From: Marsupella aquatica
Lineage: Eukaryota; Plantae; Marchantiophyta
Reading direction: 5' to 3'
Assembly: GCA_973895155.1 (NCBI GenBank)
Contig: OZ316893.1
Location: 23,706,015 to 23,770,014 of the forward strand
DNA length: 64,000 nucleotides
The notes under the pieces are model-generated. The model did not search any database. It saw nothing but the letters and a program-made list of their open reading frames with translations, and was not told the DNA's origin. This document shows positions 51,313 through 62,960 of the stretch, one piece after another. Positions within the stretch are counted from its first letter, which is position 1; every line of letters begins with the position of its first letter. Position numbers and translations under genes: made by a program.

Positions 51313-53149
51313 GGTGCACACTGCCGTTCCTGTGTACAAAATATTGCAACGAAGTCGATTCAGAATTCCTCAGGAGGTGGATGTGCGCGGTGGGATTGTC
51401 GGAAGGATGATTGGAGAAGTTCATTATTATGTTGAATACTGTGCATAATTAGGTGGGGCCCACGGCATTCATGACTCCAGGAAAGCATTCAAACGTCCTT
51501 GTTGCATATGAGCGAATGTGCTACAGTAGGTGGGAAACCTTATCGTTGACCCTGCAAGCCCGGGGCCACTGCCTCTAATCCCTCTAAGGCAGTCACTCAC
51601 CATGTTGAATTCATGCTTATGCTATTCAAATTTGAAGTTCATGTGTATGGTTTTCTTTCTTGGGCAGCTTACTCCGGGAGTTTATTGACATTTTTGGTTC
51701 AAAGTGCATTTTTTTATTATTGTTGGGACATTGAAATTGTTGTTGGGCCCTGTCTAGGTCTTTATTTATTTTGTATCCGACCCATCCTTTCTTACAATAT
51801 GGTCTATGTAAATAGAATTGTCATCCAAGCTTTTTAATGGCATTCCAGTTCACCAAATGCATACCAGCTGGTTATAGGGGCTGGCCACAACATCAGCCAT
51901 CTCAAATGTCACAAGATTAGTGTCACACATACTAATTATTGTGTGACCCTGAAATACCCTGTTGCCTCAATCTTACGTGCTCATGTCAATTTGTTTTGGG
52001 GTTAAGGACCCCCAATGTACCATTTGAAAATAGGTCATTGGTTGATACCCCCTTCTTAAATGAAGATAGAGTAATGGCGCAATATATTGAAGTTTAAATA
52101 AGTAATGTAGACTATGGAATATTCCTCTAGGGATATAGTGTAGCCTAATATTCCCTTTGTTAATTCATTTTAGTACTAGTTTGTTTACCTTCATGAAGTC
52201 TATAAGCTACCAGAGTTTTAGACAAATTAACACAGGAAGAACAATAATTTTCTAGTACTAATTTACAAAAGGATCTAATGTGATAGGATAAGTAATGTTT
52301 TTACATGCATAACAAGGCATTTTTAATGCATCAAACGATATACATGGGGGGGTTTGTTCTCAGGGGGTTCACTTAATGTAGCAAAAGAGGGAGGGCCGAG
52401 GGATTCTACTTTGATTTTGATTTTGATTTTATAAATACGTACATAATCCGCTTTTCAATTCGTCAAACTTTAATAAAGTTTGAAATGTAATTGAGCTTCA
52501 TTTGTAAAATGTTAAGTTACACACATCAATTCAGAGTCTATCTGCTTGTCACCAAAAGTAATCTAACTTACTTGAATATAGAATGGCATGTATTTACTCT
52601 CGATCACTTCTTAATTATATAGTGTCACACTTGTTAATGATGGTCAACCTTCAAAATCCTTAGATTACGGATTATTAATCCTTAAATTACCCTTCCATTG
52701 ACATATCATACTAGCTAGCCTTCATTACCTGTTCTTTGCACAAACATGAATAGAGGATAGTACGTATAAATCATGACAAATGGCATACATGCTTATTATT
52801 TGACATACTAGTCATGAGTTTTCTCATCCACATGATCTACCTTGTAGTTGGCGCTTTATAAGTTCTATTGTTAAGGGACTGAGACAATTGGTACCTACCT
52901 AGCTACCTCCCAAGTTCACCTTAGGATCACGGAACTTGTTATACATGCATCTGCGAACATGCATGTTTGATTTAATCACTCTCTCAAAAAGGAATAGGAA
53001 GGTCACAAAACCCACCAATCATTTATTGACATGTGGCAACCAATGAATTGTGTGATGAAAAGTGGGACTTTTTGAATTGTTACCCCCTTACTTCATCCCT
53101 ACTTCTAAGCACTTCCTTACAAATTAATAATGACTGAAACGCCCCATAC

Positions 53150-53615
53150 TTTGGTGCACATGATGTGAACATTTAATTTGTGGAAGTGACCCGCACCCCC
53201 ACCCACCCTGAGCTACCTCCATACTTCATCCTTAAATTAATAACCTTCCACATATGCATGCATGCATATATGTGCGCAAGTCTTAGGGTTTAGGGTTTAG
53301 AGTTAGGGTAATGAATAAAAGGCCCCTTACTTCGATCATTTGCACATGATGTGAACATTTAATTTGTGGAAGTGACCCGCACCCCCACCCACCTTGAGCT
53401 ACCTCCATACTTCATCCTTAAATTAATTAACCTTCCACATATGCATGCATGCATATATGTACGTGCGCAAGTCTTAGGGTTTAGGGTTAGGGTAATGCAT
53501 AAAAGGCCCCTTACTTCGATCATTTGCACATGATGTGAACATTTAATGGGTGGAAGTGACCCCCACCCCCACCCACCCTGAGCTACCTCCATGTTTCATC
53601 CTTAAATTAATTAAT
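53150..53615. repeat. ~185-bp tandem repeat (about 2.5 units) containing telomere-like tagggtttagggtt
   Basis: tgcacatgatgtgaacatttaat...gaagtgaccc..acccccacccacc recurs at ~53155, ~53341 and ~53525. Confidence 0.88.
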
Positions 53616-54597
53616 ACGCCTGCCTAGCTGTATGTTTGGTCGCGTTTCACAGGACTTGGCAAGGAAATGATAATCATTTCCAATCTTATTTTTATGTTTC
53701 TCATATTTATGTAATAATATATACTAAGTGCGTGATGACCCCCCCCCCCCCCTAAAGAAAAGAAAATAGAGTTTTAAAAAGCAAAATGACCCCTGCCTCA
53801 CCCAATGCTTTTGTGTCCCTCCTCTTCAAAAACCCTTATAACTTCACCTTAAAAGCAGGAAAATGTGTTAAAAACTCTCCCCTTGTAAGTCATCATGATG
53901 TGACATAAAGTGTGCCAATGGTCCATATAACTGGCAATATAAGGGCCTAGATCCAACATTTGAAACATGTGGCACATGGCACTGACAAAGTATTGTAGAC
54001 ATTATTATGGGCCCTATTTTAGGCCCCTCATCACAAGTTCAGCCATATAGCAACCTCTATAAGATTCAATGTATGTAAGGAAAGCTCCCACATGTTCAGC
54101 CAATGCCTTCAGAAAATGAAAACTCAGATTTATGTTAGGGGAAGGGTGAGAAATTTAGAACGGAAGGAGACAAAGTCTTTTTTTATTTGATTTATTTTGC
54201 CGCATATTTACTCCATTAAAACGTGCCCAAGTACACAAAGTGTCCGCCATGTCTCCCAAGAGAAAAACTCCGCGTCTCTCTAAAATGAACGTCTCCCAAA
54301 GCTCCGCTTCCGTAGAGTCAACGTCCCCGTAAAATCAACGTCTCCCAAAACTCGGCCCTAAACTCCAGGTCTCCCTTCTGGATCCTCTACTTGCATTCAC
54401 TTTGTGCCCACGATAATTTACTTATCTAGTGACCCCTCTGCACAATTTGTCGAGTGTTCTGCAGTCCGGCTTGTCATTTGATTCGCAACCATTGCAGATC
54501 GGTATTCGTCCCTTCCTGAGTAGTGCTTGCGCCCGGCTGAGTGCCTGCCCTTCGCCACTATTGTTTGGATTTCTGCTGGGCGGCTCTTTTCAGAGAC

Positions 54598-55302
54598 ATG
54601 GCCACACTTAAAGATGTCGTTGGCTGCTGCAATGCTGGAGAAACGAGGACCTTCCCATTGATGAGGGTTTTTGTGGTCAATTTTGATGCTCCAATCGATT
54701 TTCCGCGGAAGTTTCTATACCATGGATGCACTCGCTTCGTGACACCTGGGTGGATGTGTAATCGCACTGTTGAAGGGTCAAGTCGATGTCCCCATAATTC
54801 GGTTGCTGCTGGGACCTGGACAGAAAGGTATCGTTTTGAGGTGTTCCTGGTTGACTCTACTATCGGGCCACACTTCCCTCCAGTGCGAGCTAAGATTTTT
54901 GATGCAGCGACTGATCTCATAGGGATGCCTCCGCAGGATTTTAGCGAGAAGGAAGACTTTGTCCAGTTTGCTACTGTCCATAGAGCTACAGCAAAGATGG
55001 AATGTGTGGACGTAGTGATCCGCTGCAAAGACGGTGAGGCCATTATTAATTCCTTGTCACCTGTAAGCAATGACGACTGTGAGATCTTGCATTCTGTGGT
55101 GCCTACTTCTGTCACTCCACGGAAGACAAAGTTGAAGACCTACAGTGTACCTTCAAGTTATCATACTGCACGAGGGAGGCATACAGCAGAATCTTCAAGA
55201 TCATCTATTAATGCTTCAGACCCGGCCACAGCGTCGCAGCTTAGTTCTGTTAGATGTAGATTGCAGGACCTGCTTGATAGTTTGGATGCAACTCATATCT
55301 GA
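54598..55302 (+). CDS. RPA1 (RPA70) C-terminal-like OB-fold/zinc-ribbon protein
   Basis: FLYHGC..CNRTV..RCPH..RYRFEVFLVDST..AKIFDAATDLIG matches the RPA1 DBD-C pattern Y.AC..C.KKV..C..RY.L...D.TG...F..A..L.G. Intact ORF; ATG follows a ttttcag acceptor. Confidence 0.75.
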   Translation: MATLKDVVGCCNAGETRTFPLMRVFVVNFDAPIDFPRKFLYHGCTRFVTPGWMCNRTVEGSSRCPHNSVAAGTWTERYRFEVFLVDSTIGPHFPPVRAKIFDAATDLIGMPPQDFSEKEDFVQFATVHRATAKMECVDVVIRCKDGEAIINSLSPVSNDDCEILHSVVPTSVTPRKTKLKTYSVPSSYHTARGRHTAESSRSSINASDPATASQLSSVRCRLQDLLDSLDATHI

Positions 55303-56449
55303 TGTGACCAGATGCAAGCACAACGTACGATGGTTTGGCATTTTGGGCAGGAGTCTTTTAGTTTGTAAGGTTCCTACAGGCCATGCAATGACCTGCCATT
55401 TTGGTTTGATATGGCATAACGTGTATGCTTGGTTTGTGGGGCAAGTGGGACCAAAATGTATGTATGTGAATGGTCGACTTATTTTCAATGTGCAATAAAG
55501 GGGGGCTCGGACCTGCATCTGTTAAATGAAGGTTGTGATGTCCACGATGCGTTTGTTAAAATGTACCAGAAAGTAATTGGGTGTTAATTGGCTGGTGTTT
55601 AATCGATGAATGGGTCTCGGCAATTTTTCATTTTGCAATTTGTGCGCAATTTCTCAAGGAAAACTTCCAACTTCAAACTCTGATACAGGACAGCAAGTAG
55701 AACTCAGCCACTATAGCGCTTTTGCGGATCGCAGCGACATCATGTAGTGGGTCATCATAGTTCACGGAGAATTGGGTAAGGGCCCCTCCCCAATCTCCGG
55801 ACATCAACAGACCAAAAAAACAGAGAAACACCTGAAACTCATTGGGCGGATCCGCGGCTCCATCGATCCCAACGACCAGGAAGGGAAACAAAACACAAGC
55901 ATACAGACAACCATAAAAACAATGTGACCCCAAACAATACATTTATGGCAGATGTGTTCTTGTTCCAGTAGGTGTTCATTATATTTATGGAGAATTGATG
56001 GGTAATGTATGTAAATGAATAATGGAGTTCGCACTTTGAAGGCCGGGGCAACGCCTGCAACTCAATGAAGAAGTAAGTAATCATGAAAAAATAGACGACA
56101 ACTTCCATATGCGTAAAATAGGTCGTAAAATTATCTTTTGCGACAACTTACCACTGCATACCGGTTGGCAAGGGGGGGTGGACAGCATACTGGCAACCCG
56201 GTTACCTGACAAGGCAACCCGAGCGGTTGCCACAAAACAGGCATCGGCCTCGGACGATGCCACAACACCTTTGTCAGCATGGCGCTCATGATGTATATTG
56301 CTTCAATTGTAATCTCAAAGACTCAAAAAGTGTGGTCTATTCTAAATATCCGAGTTCATTCTCATACTAACCTTGTAACATTAGTGTTGGAACGAGCATA
56401 ACCACAAATACCCCAAACATACCCCTCACATACCTCACACATACCTCGC

Positions 56450-57350
56450 ACTGGCAGAACAAACTACGTCACATTCGCTTCTTCACTTCCTCTGATATTA
56501 ATGCTCTACCTGCTGCGTAGCCTGCAAAACATTCCACATACCATATATAATTAATGATGCATGTTGCATGAAAATAGATCGCGGAGTCTGTATCATTGAA
56601 CATCCAGATTCATACCTGTTCCATCGATCAGAGCGCACCAGACACGAAGAAGATATATGGTTTAGTTGGTTTCTAAGGATCGGTGTACAGGGGGTGGCTG
56701 GCCAGCCTTGGGATCGGTGAAATCGATGACGAGTTTCAAGGATGCGTAAATGGTACTGTAGGATATTTACTAGTAAGCCCGGGCTAAGGAAGAAGTGGGT
56801 GGTAAAGGGTTAGGTAAGATCTGCTTTCACTTTGAAGTATACGAGAACCCTGTATTTGACCTGCGAGCACATTTCAAACTCAAATCATAAGCAAAAACTA
56901 TTGCAATCAAAAGAATTGACTCTGAGTGCTGCCAATAATTTCTACCAAATCCAAAACACATTACAGGATATCGCACAAGGTGGCATGGGATTTGACAGAG
57001 AATTCTCCCACGTAGTACGAAGATCTGCAGGTGGCCTGTGGACTTCCACGTTTTGGATGATGTTATCGGGCGCGAACATGTAAAACTTATTCTGAAGTTG
57101 TCTGAGCTCGCATAGAGGAGGATCGAACACTTAGAGTGGGAGGTGTGAGCTACGGTCAATGACCTCCACTCTTTAGTACCTTTGGAATCGTTCCCGCGGA
57201 AACGATCCCTCTGAAACTGGAGGGAAACTAAGGCCAGCCTTATCTTCTTGGTATCCTATGTAGGGTATTTGCCACATAGGCTTCTGATTGATCAGAAGGT
57301 CATCGCAGCTGGCGGCTTTACTTTCCCGAAGTGCAGGCTGCGCTAGTCTC
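56450..57350 (-). pseudogene. Possible additional degenerate gene of unknown product
   Basis: Long frame PALRESKAASCDDLLINQKPMWQIPY...FDPPLCELRQLQNKFYMFAPD, interrupted by isolated stops. Splice-like sites at ~56617 and ~56523. Confidence 0.3.
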
Positions 57351-57993
57351 CATGGGAATAGTTTGTATATTGTCCTAACTTGTCATAGTAATCCAAACTG
57401 TGTGGACTTTTGAGTTAGGCCTAGAATAGTAGAGTGAGGGAAAATTTCCCAGCAGTATAATCATGACCGCAACTCCTAAATCCCCGGCCTAAATCGGCTG
57501 GATAGAAACAAAATCAGCGATGCGGTTGATGCAATGGACTGCGGATATATCGCATTTTGAAGAGTGACATTATTAATTTGGACCAGGGCGGTCAGTTCAA
57601 AACTGACGAGGACCAGCTTTGAGGTGGGCAACGCATGCACTACTTGCCTTGCAGCCTTTACCTCGAACACGCGCGGGCGGGCGATTCAAACGGATGATGA
57701 ACCCGCAGCCTTTACCTTCAACACGCGCGGGCGGGCAATTCAAACGAACGATGAACGAGAGAGGCAGTGAGTGCGCTTGGTGTAATACTCCCTTTTCGTT
57801 TTAAGTCCCCCTCTGTATTTCACTATTTCTGCTACGCATACGCCTGGAGTGAAGTCGATCTTTAGAGTGAAGTCGATCTTCAAAGTTTCCTACACTTGAT
57901 CGACGTTGATTGAAACAGAGTTGCAATGCATGAATGGAGCAGGCTTACGTGTAAGGAATTGTTGAAAACATTGATCGATGTTTAGAATCGACA

Positions 57994-60900
57994 ATGTACA
58001 CTCCCAAAATTGAGGAGTTGGATCTTACTGGGGAAAGCTTCTTCTGTATGGATGAGGATGATTGGCAACTTTTCTTTGACAGTGTGGGGATGAAGACATG
58101 GGTGCACAGGAAGAAGTTGAGGAGATGGGTGAATGAATGCAACGGGAGCAGCAATACCGGAGTCACACAGCCATCACAGCTACAGCCATCACCGCTGCAG
58201 CCATCACCGTTGCCGCCAATGAAGACACTATCTGAACGTGATACGAATCAAAAGGAGAGCTCTGGTGAAGAAGAGCACAAGTCTATCAGGCCTGCTAAAA
58301 ATACCCGCGCTCCTGATGCGCCGGAGAGAGAGACGTCTATGATTGGTTCTACCAAGCATCATCAAGTAAGTTGTTTGTCTCCCGTGACATTAAATTAGCC
58401 TATTGAAATCCATTGCGACCACGGCAAGGACCTCTTCTGATAATCACGCGAAGGCATCTAATGCAGTGCTCAATGGTAGTTTCTTTGTTTGATTGAATAC
58501 ACGCTGATGTGTGTTTCGACGCTGCTGTGCACAGTTCTATCCTTCGGTAGAGGACATCTTCAATGTGACCAACAAATCTGGAGGACGGTCCATTCTGGCT
58601 TCTAAGCATGTAGAAGCGCACCAAGCTCACAAGGCAAATTACAGAACGGTGAGGAATTGGTTTGCAAATTTCGCCGCCGACAAGGAGATATACGAATACC
58701 TCAGTGCAGATTTCAAGTCTGACACAAAGACAAAAGAGAATTGTCGATTGTATGTTCAGAGTAGAATGCACGAACTTTCACCTCTCAAATTTGAGTGTCC
58801 AGAAACCGGATCTAAACATGAGATGCCTTGGCCAGAAAGCTTCCTGTTTGAGGTCGTCAAGAACAGAAAGCATGAATGGAGGAAAGCAAATGCAAAAATC
58901 AAGGAAGGTACGTACTGACAGATTCCCATTCATTAGTTAGCGCAGTGCCATTGATTTTGGCAATGAACTGTGTTCTATCTTTCGCAACTTGGAAATAACC
59001 TGGAAATACCCTGGAATTAACCTCAAGTACTTGCACTGAATTTCATTGCAGGTGCCATCCCTACGGCCCGAAAAAAGGAGCCGACTGATTTTGCAGATAT
59101 GAAGGTAGAACCAGATGCAGATGAAGCGATTGCCATTGGACATGGACAATCATACCCAGAGATTTTTGTGGAACTTCGTGCGTATGCATTCAAGGTGACC
59201 TAAGTGGTAGAACTGCAAATGAGAGACGCCGATAAGTCTGTAAGGTATAGGGGGCAGTACAGTGGAGAGGTTGTTGGTCATGGAATACCAGAGAGCGTCC
59301 ATGTTATTAAGAAAGTGAGATGGTGGAAGATTAAGTTCATGAAGGCCTTGTCTGATGGTAATCCGTCATTGCTGGCGCCTTACTGGGTGCCATTAATGAC
59401 ACCTTCAAAGGGTCTGTAGATGGTACAGTTTGGGCACTTAAAACCAGTAAGTATGGTGCCATATACATATATAAATATATGCATTTACCAACCCTAGGTT
59501 CATTGCATCGGAATGAATCTGCTTCTCTGGGTTCTGCAGGTTTTTTCATGTTGCCCAGTCGATATGTATCGAGAGGTAGAGATGTTGAATGAATGTGGTT
59601 TTCTACAATATATTTATATTGCAAGATTCCCTGGCACTCATGCACCGTCACTATTGATGTGCATGTACATATTGCAGGACATGTCCATTTTTGTTCCGAG
59701 AGCATATTGTTCCATGAGTCCCAATCTGGCTCATAAAGTATGCCAATCGTATTCAGGTCCCTCTCCTCAGGGTTCTGCTGTCTCAGGAAAGACCTCCAAG
59801 AGAGCGGGGTTACCGGAGATAGGTCCCTCTCCTGAGGGTTCTGCTGTCTCAGGAAAGGCCTCCAATGGAGCGGGGTTACCAGAGATGCCTGACGTTGAGG
59901 AAAACCCTCTTTCAAAACCAAAGAAGCGAGTGTTGGCATTAGCTGGGCCATGAAGAAGATGCAGAGGGAGGGGCGGAAGTAGAGCATAGAGAGGAAAGCA
60001 AAGCAGATGATGCGGTCAGGTCCAACGATGGAGAGCCAAGCGAGGATACTAAAGTACTAGATACCACTACATGCAGCCAGGAGAAAACATCGTCAACATC
60101 AACTATCAACTTGCAAGTTGATTGCTTCACTACATCCACCCAACTTTACATTGAATCTGACGAGGATGATGAAGACACTAATATAAGGCCTAACGATCAA
60201 CCGGAACCGGAGGTACGAGTATTTTGTCATCCTAGTTGCGTTCTTATATATCATACGTACGTAATTATAATTAAGACACCGAGTTTGCTTTATACTTATT
60301 TTTCAGGTAAAAAGACAAAAGATTAAGAGCAGTCCTGCAGGGGGAAACAACCCGCTACTGTCCAAGGTATATATCATATATCATTGTATGTATAAGTTTT
60401 GTATATTGCAATTATTATAATGGCCTAAAAGTTCTATTGTAAGTGATGTATATGACTTTGCAATTCATTCTACTTTGAGCCTAGGTTCACCAATATATAC
60501 AATGATTTGCACATCCACATATGCATGGCAGGTTAAGACCGAGAAGGAACAAGGTGGAGTCCTTGCAAGCATTCGGGACCTAAATCAACCATTGAGTAGA
60601 GCACGAAGAGGCAAGGGTCCGAACCCAGGCAAAGAGGTCTATTGCAAGATTGAGGACTACCATTTTTCTCCTTTTTTCTCCACAAAAAGGATTCAAGTCC
60701 TTGCCATTTTGCATTGAATGTGCCATATATCCCTTGATGGCTAGGATTAAGTAGTTGAGATTGAAAGGTTAGATCTTGCATGCCAAGTCTTTTGGAAGTG
60801 TGTCCACACTTTTTGAAAGTCCTTACCTCTTGGAAGTGTGCCCAACATTTGTGGAAGTGTGTCATGAAGCCTTTTTTATCTAAGATGTGCTAATCTTGGC

Positions 60901-61705
60901 CGTTGGCAGTCCTTGGATTAATTAAAAGGACTGGAGACTTTTTGCCTCCTTTGGTAGTCCTCAATCATGCAATCCACCAAGAAAACGTACCTTCATTTAG
61001 AGCTATTTCAACAAAGGTACAGGAGGATGCAAGGGAACGGTTGTTGACCGGCAAAAACATGGTATGATTTCTTATTTCCATCCATTGTAAGCCAGCAGTC
61101 TTTATTAGGTTGCAGCGATCATTGTGTACAATGTGTAGACAGAAATTGTATGTGTGGAACGTACTTTTGTGGTCTCATTATGTGGTCATTATATATGTAC
61201 AGGCAAACCAAGAAGAAGTTTTGTGTGCTCAAGGAACCCGGTCGACGAGAAGTAACAAGTCCCAGGCTTCTGGAGACTCCAATATAGTAAGCATATACTG
61301 AGAAGTTTTGCACGATTCTGTAAATAATCATTTATAGCTTGTCATTGGTGTACTACCATATTTTAAAAAGCTCACCAAAGACTGTAACTTTTGCAGAATT
61401 TTGAAAAGCTCACCAAAGACGCCAAACTAGTATTGTGCATGAGAGCCATGGGTTTGATGAAGACCTGCGAAGTGGAGGCCAAATTGCGCACGTTTGTAGC
61501 AGATACGAACAAGCGGTCAAAGACTACCCCCAAGCCATTCACCAAACACGCGCAGAAGAATGCATCAGAGTTATTGGACATGGTGGCCAGGTGGATTGTA
61601 GAGCAGAATGTAGTGATCGTTACACATCTTCCGGCTTTAAATGCCGATGGCCAACAAAGGATCTTCCCTGAAAATGCTATGAAGAAAGCCGGGGAAGAGG
61701 TATAG
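57994..61705 (+). pseudogene. Multi-exon accessory (TnpA-like) gene with an N-terminal SAM-like domain; interrupted by a MITE and stops
   Basis: IEELDLTGESFFCMDEDDW..VGMKTWVHRKKLRRWV resembles a SAM domain. Chain of AG/GT-bounded exons (~58533, 59052, 59541, 59677, 60308, 60532, 61203, 61397). Stops at 59201, 59417 and 59951. Confidence 0.65.
60636..60978. mobile_element. MITE, 343 bp, GGT...ACC termini, 4-bp TSD AAGA; same family as 1022-1390, opposite orientation
   Basis: TIR ggtctattgcaagattgaggactacc / ggtagtcctcaatcatgcaatccacc. aaga on both sides. Shares the internal gagattgaaaggttagatc..gcatgccaa and ggaagtgtg repeats. Removing it restores the exon NPGKE|NVPSF. Confidence 0.9.
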
Positions 61706-61858
61706 TGCTCACTACATAGATAGCATACCTGCATCGCTCTATGAACGGCACAAGCTAGACAGGTTATGAATATGATTGCATTATATATTGACCAAGGGCC
61801 ACCACTACTTGCTTCGTGTTTCACATATATATATACATATATATTCATATATATATAC

Positions 61859-61889
<31 letters not shown>

Positions 61890-62119
61890 TGGGAGTTGCT
61901 AACGTACTTAGTTTCTAATGTACAAATGAATGCTACTTAACTCACTGTGATCTTATTTACAACGCTATGAGGAAATGATTCAAAACCATATTAGAAATTT
62001 GATTTGCGTAAGCTGGGCCCAATAAAGAACCTTACATTCACGATACCCATCGACATTTCATGGTATTCATTGGCAATATGACTGGATGGTTTTTGATGCA
62101 ATTCATCTTGGGACGCCAG

Positions 62120-62960
62120 ACATTTTTAATACCCCATTGGTAATACGTGAGGATCCCCCAATACCCCACAATACATAGGCGTTACATCATGAATCCCCAC
62201 TTCATCGTAGGCAATTTGGACGATGCGGATGCACATTATCTTGGAATTTGATGATGCGGATGCAATTTGAGGCAGCAAGAAGCCTGGAATCAAAAATACC
62301 CTACAAATACCCCACGGTATGCAGGTAAAATGCACAAGTAATCCCCGCTTCGACATAGGAAATCTGGACGGTGAAGATGCATATCATCCTGCAAACCTCC
62401 AAGGCTGTTAGCGAAGCCACCTGGAGAGTGGCAATTGGAAGTGGCATACCAAATACCCCAACGATACCCCAGGGTATGCGGGTAATGTGCACACAGAACC
62501 CTCACTTTACAACAGGAAATTTGGATGGTGGAGATGCATATCATCCTACACACCTCCAGGGCTGCCAGTGAGGCCACCTGGAGAGCGGCCATTGGACGCT
62601 GACAACCCAAATACCCCAGAGATACACTAATGTATGCGGGTAATATGCACACGGAATCCCCACTTAGCCACAGCAAAGTTGGACGGTGGAGATGCATATC
62701 ATCCTGCGCACCTCCAGGGCTGCCAGCGAAGCCACTTGGAGAGCGGCAATTGGACGCTGACATCCCAAATACCCCAGCGATACCCCACGGGTATGCGGGT
62801 AATATGCGCACGGAATCCCCACTTTACCACAGCAAAATTGGATGGTGGAGATGACTATCATCCTACACACCTCAGCGAAGCCACTTGGAGAGCGGCAATT
62901 GGACGTTGACATCCCAAATACCCCAGCGATACCCCACGGTATGCGGGTATTATGCACACG
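62120..62960. repeat. 158-bp subterminal tandem array of the giant element (more diverged units on the left)
   Basis: Same unit as 1391-3825. Confidence 0.9.

Noticed and set aside
51900-56300. Nested Helitron as the source of the RPA-like gene
   Set aside because: No convincing TC start, hairpin-CTRR end or Rep/helicase fragment was found. Left open rather than annotated.
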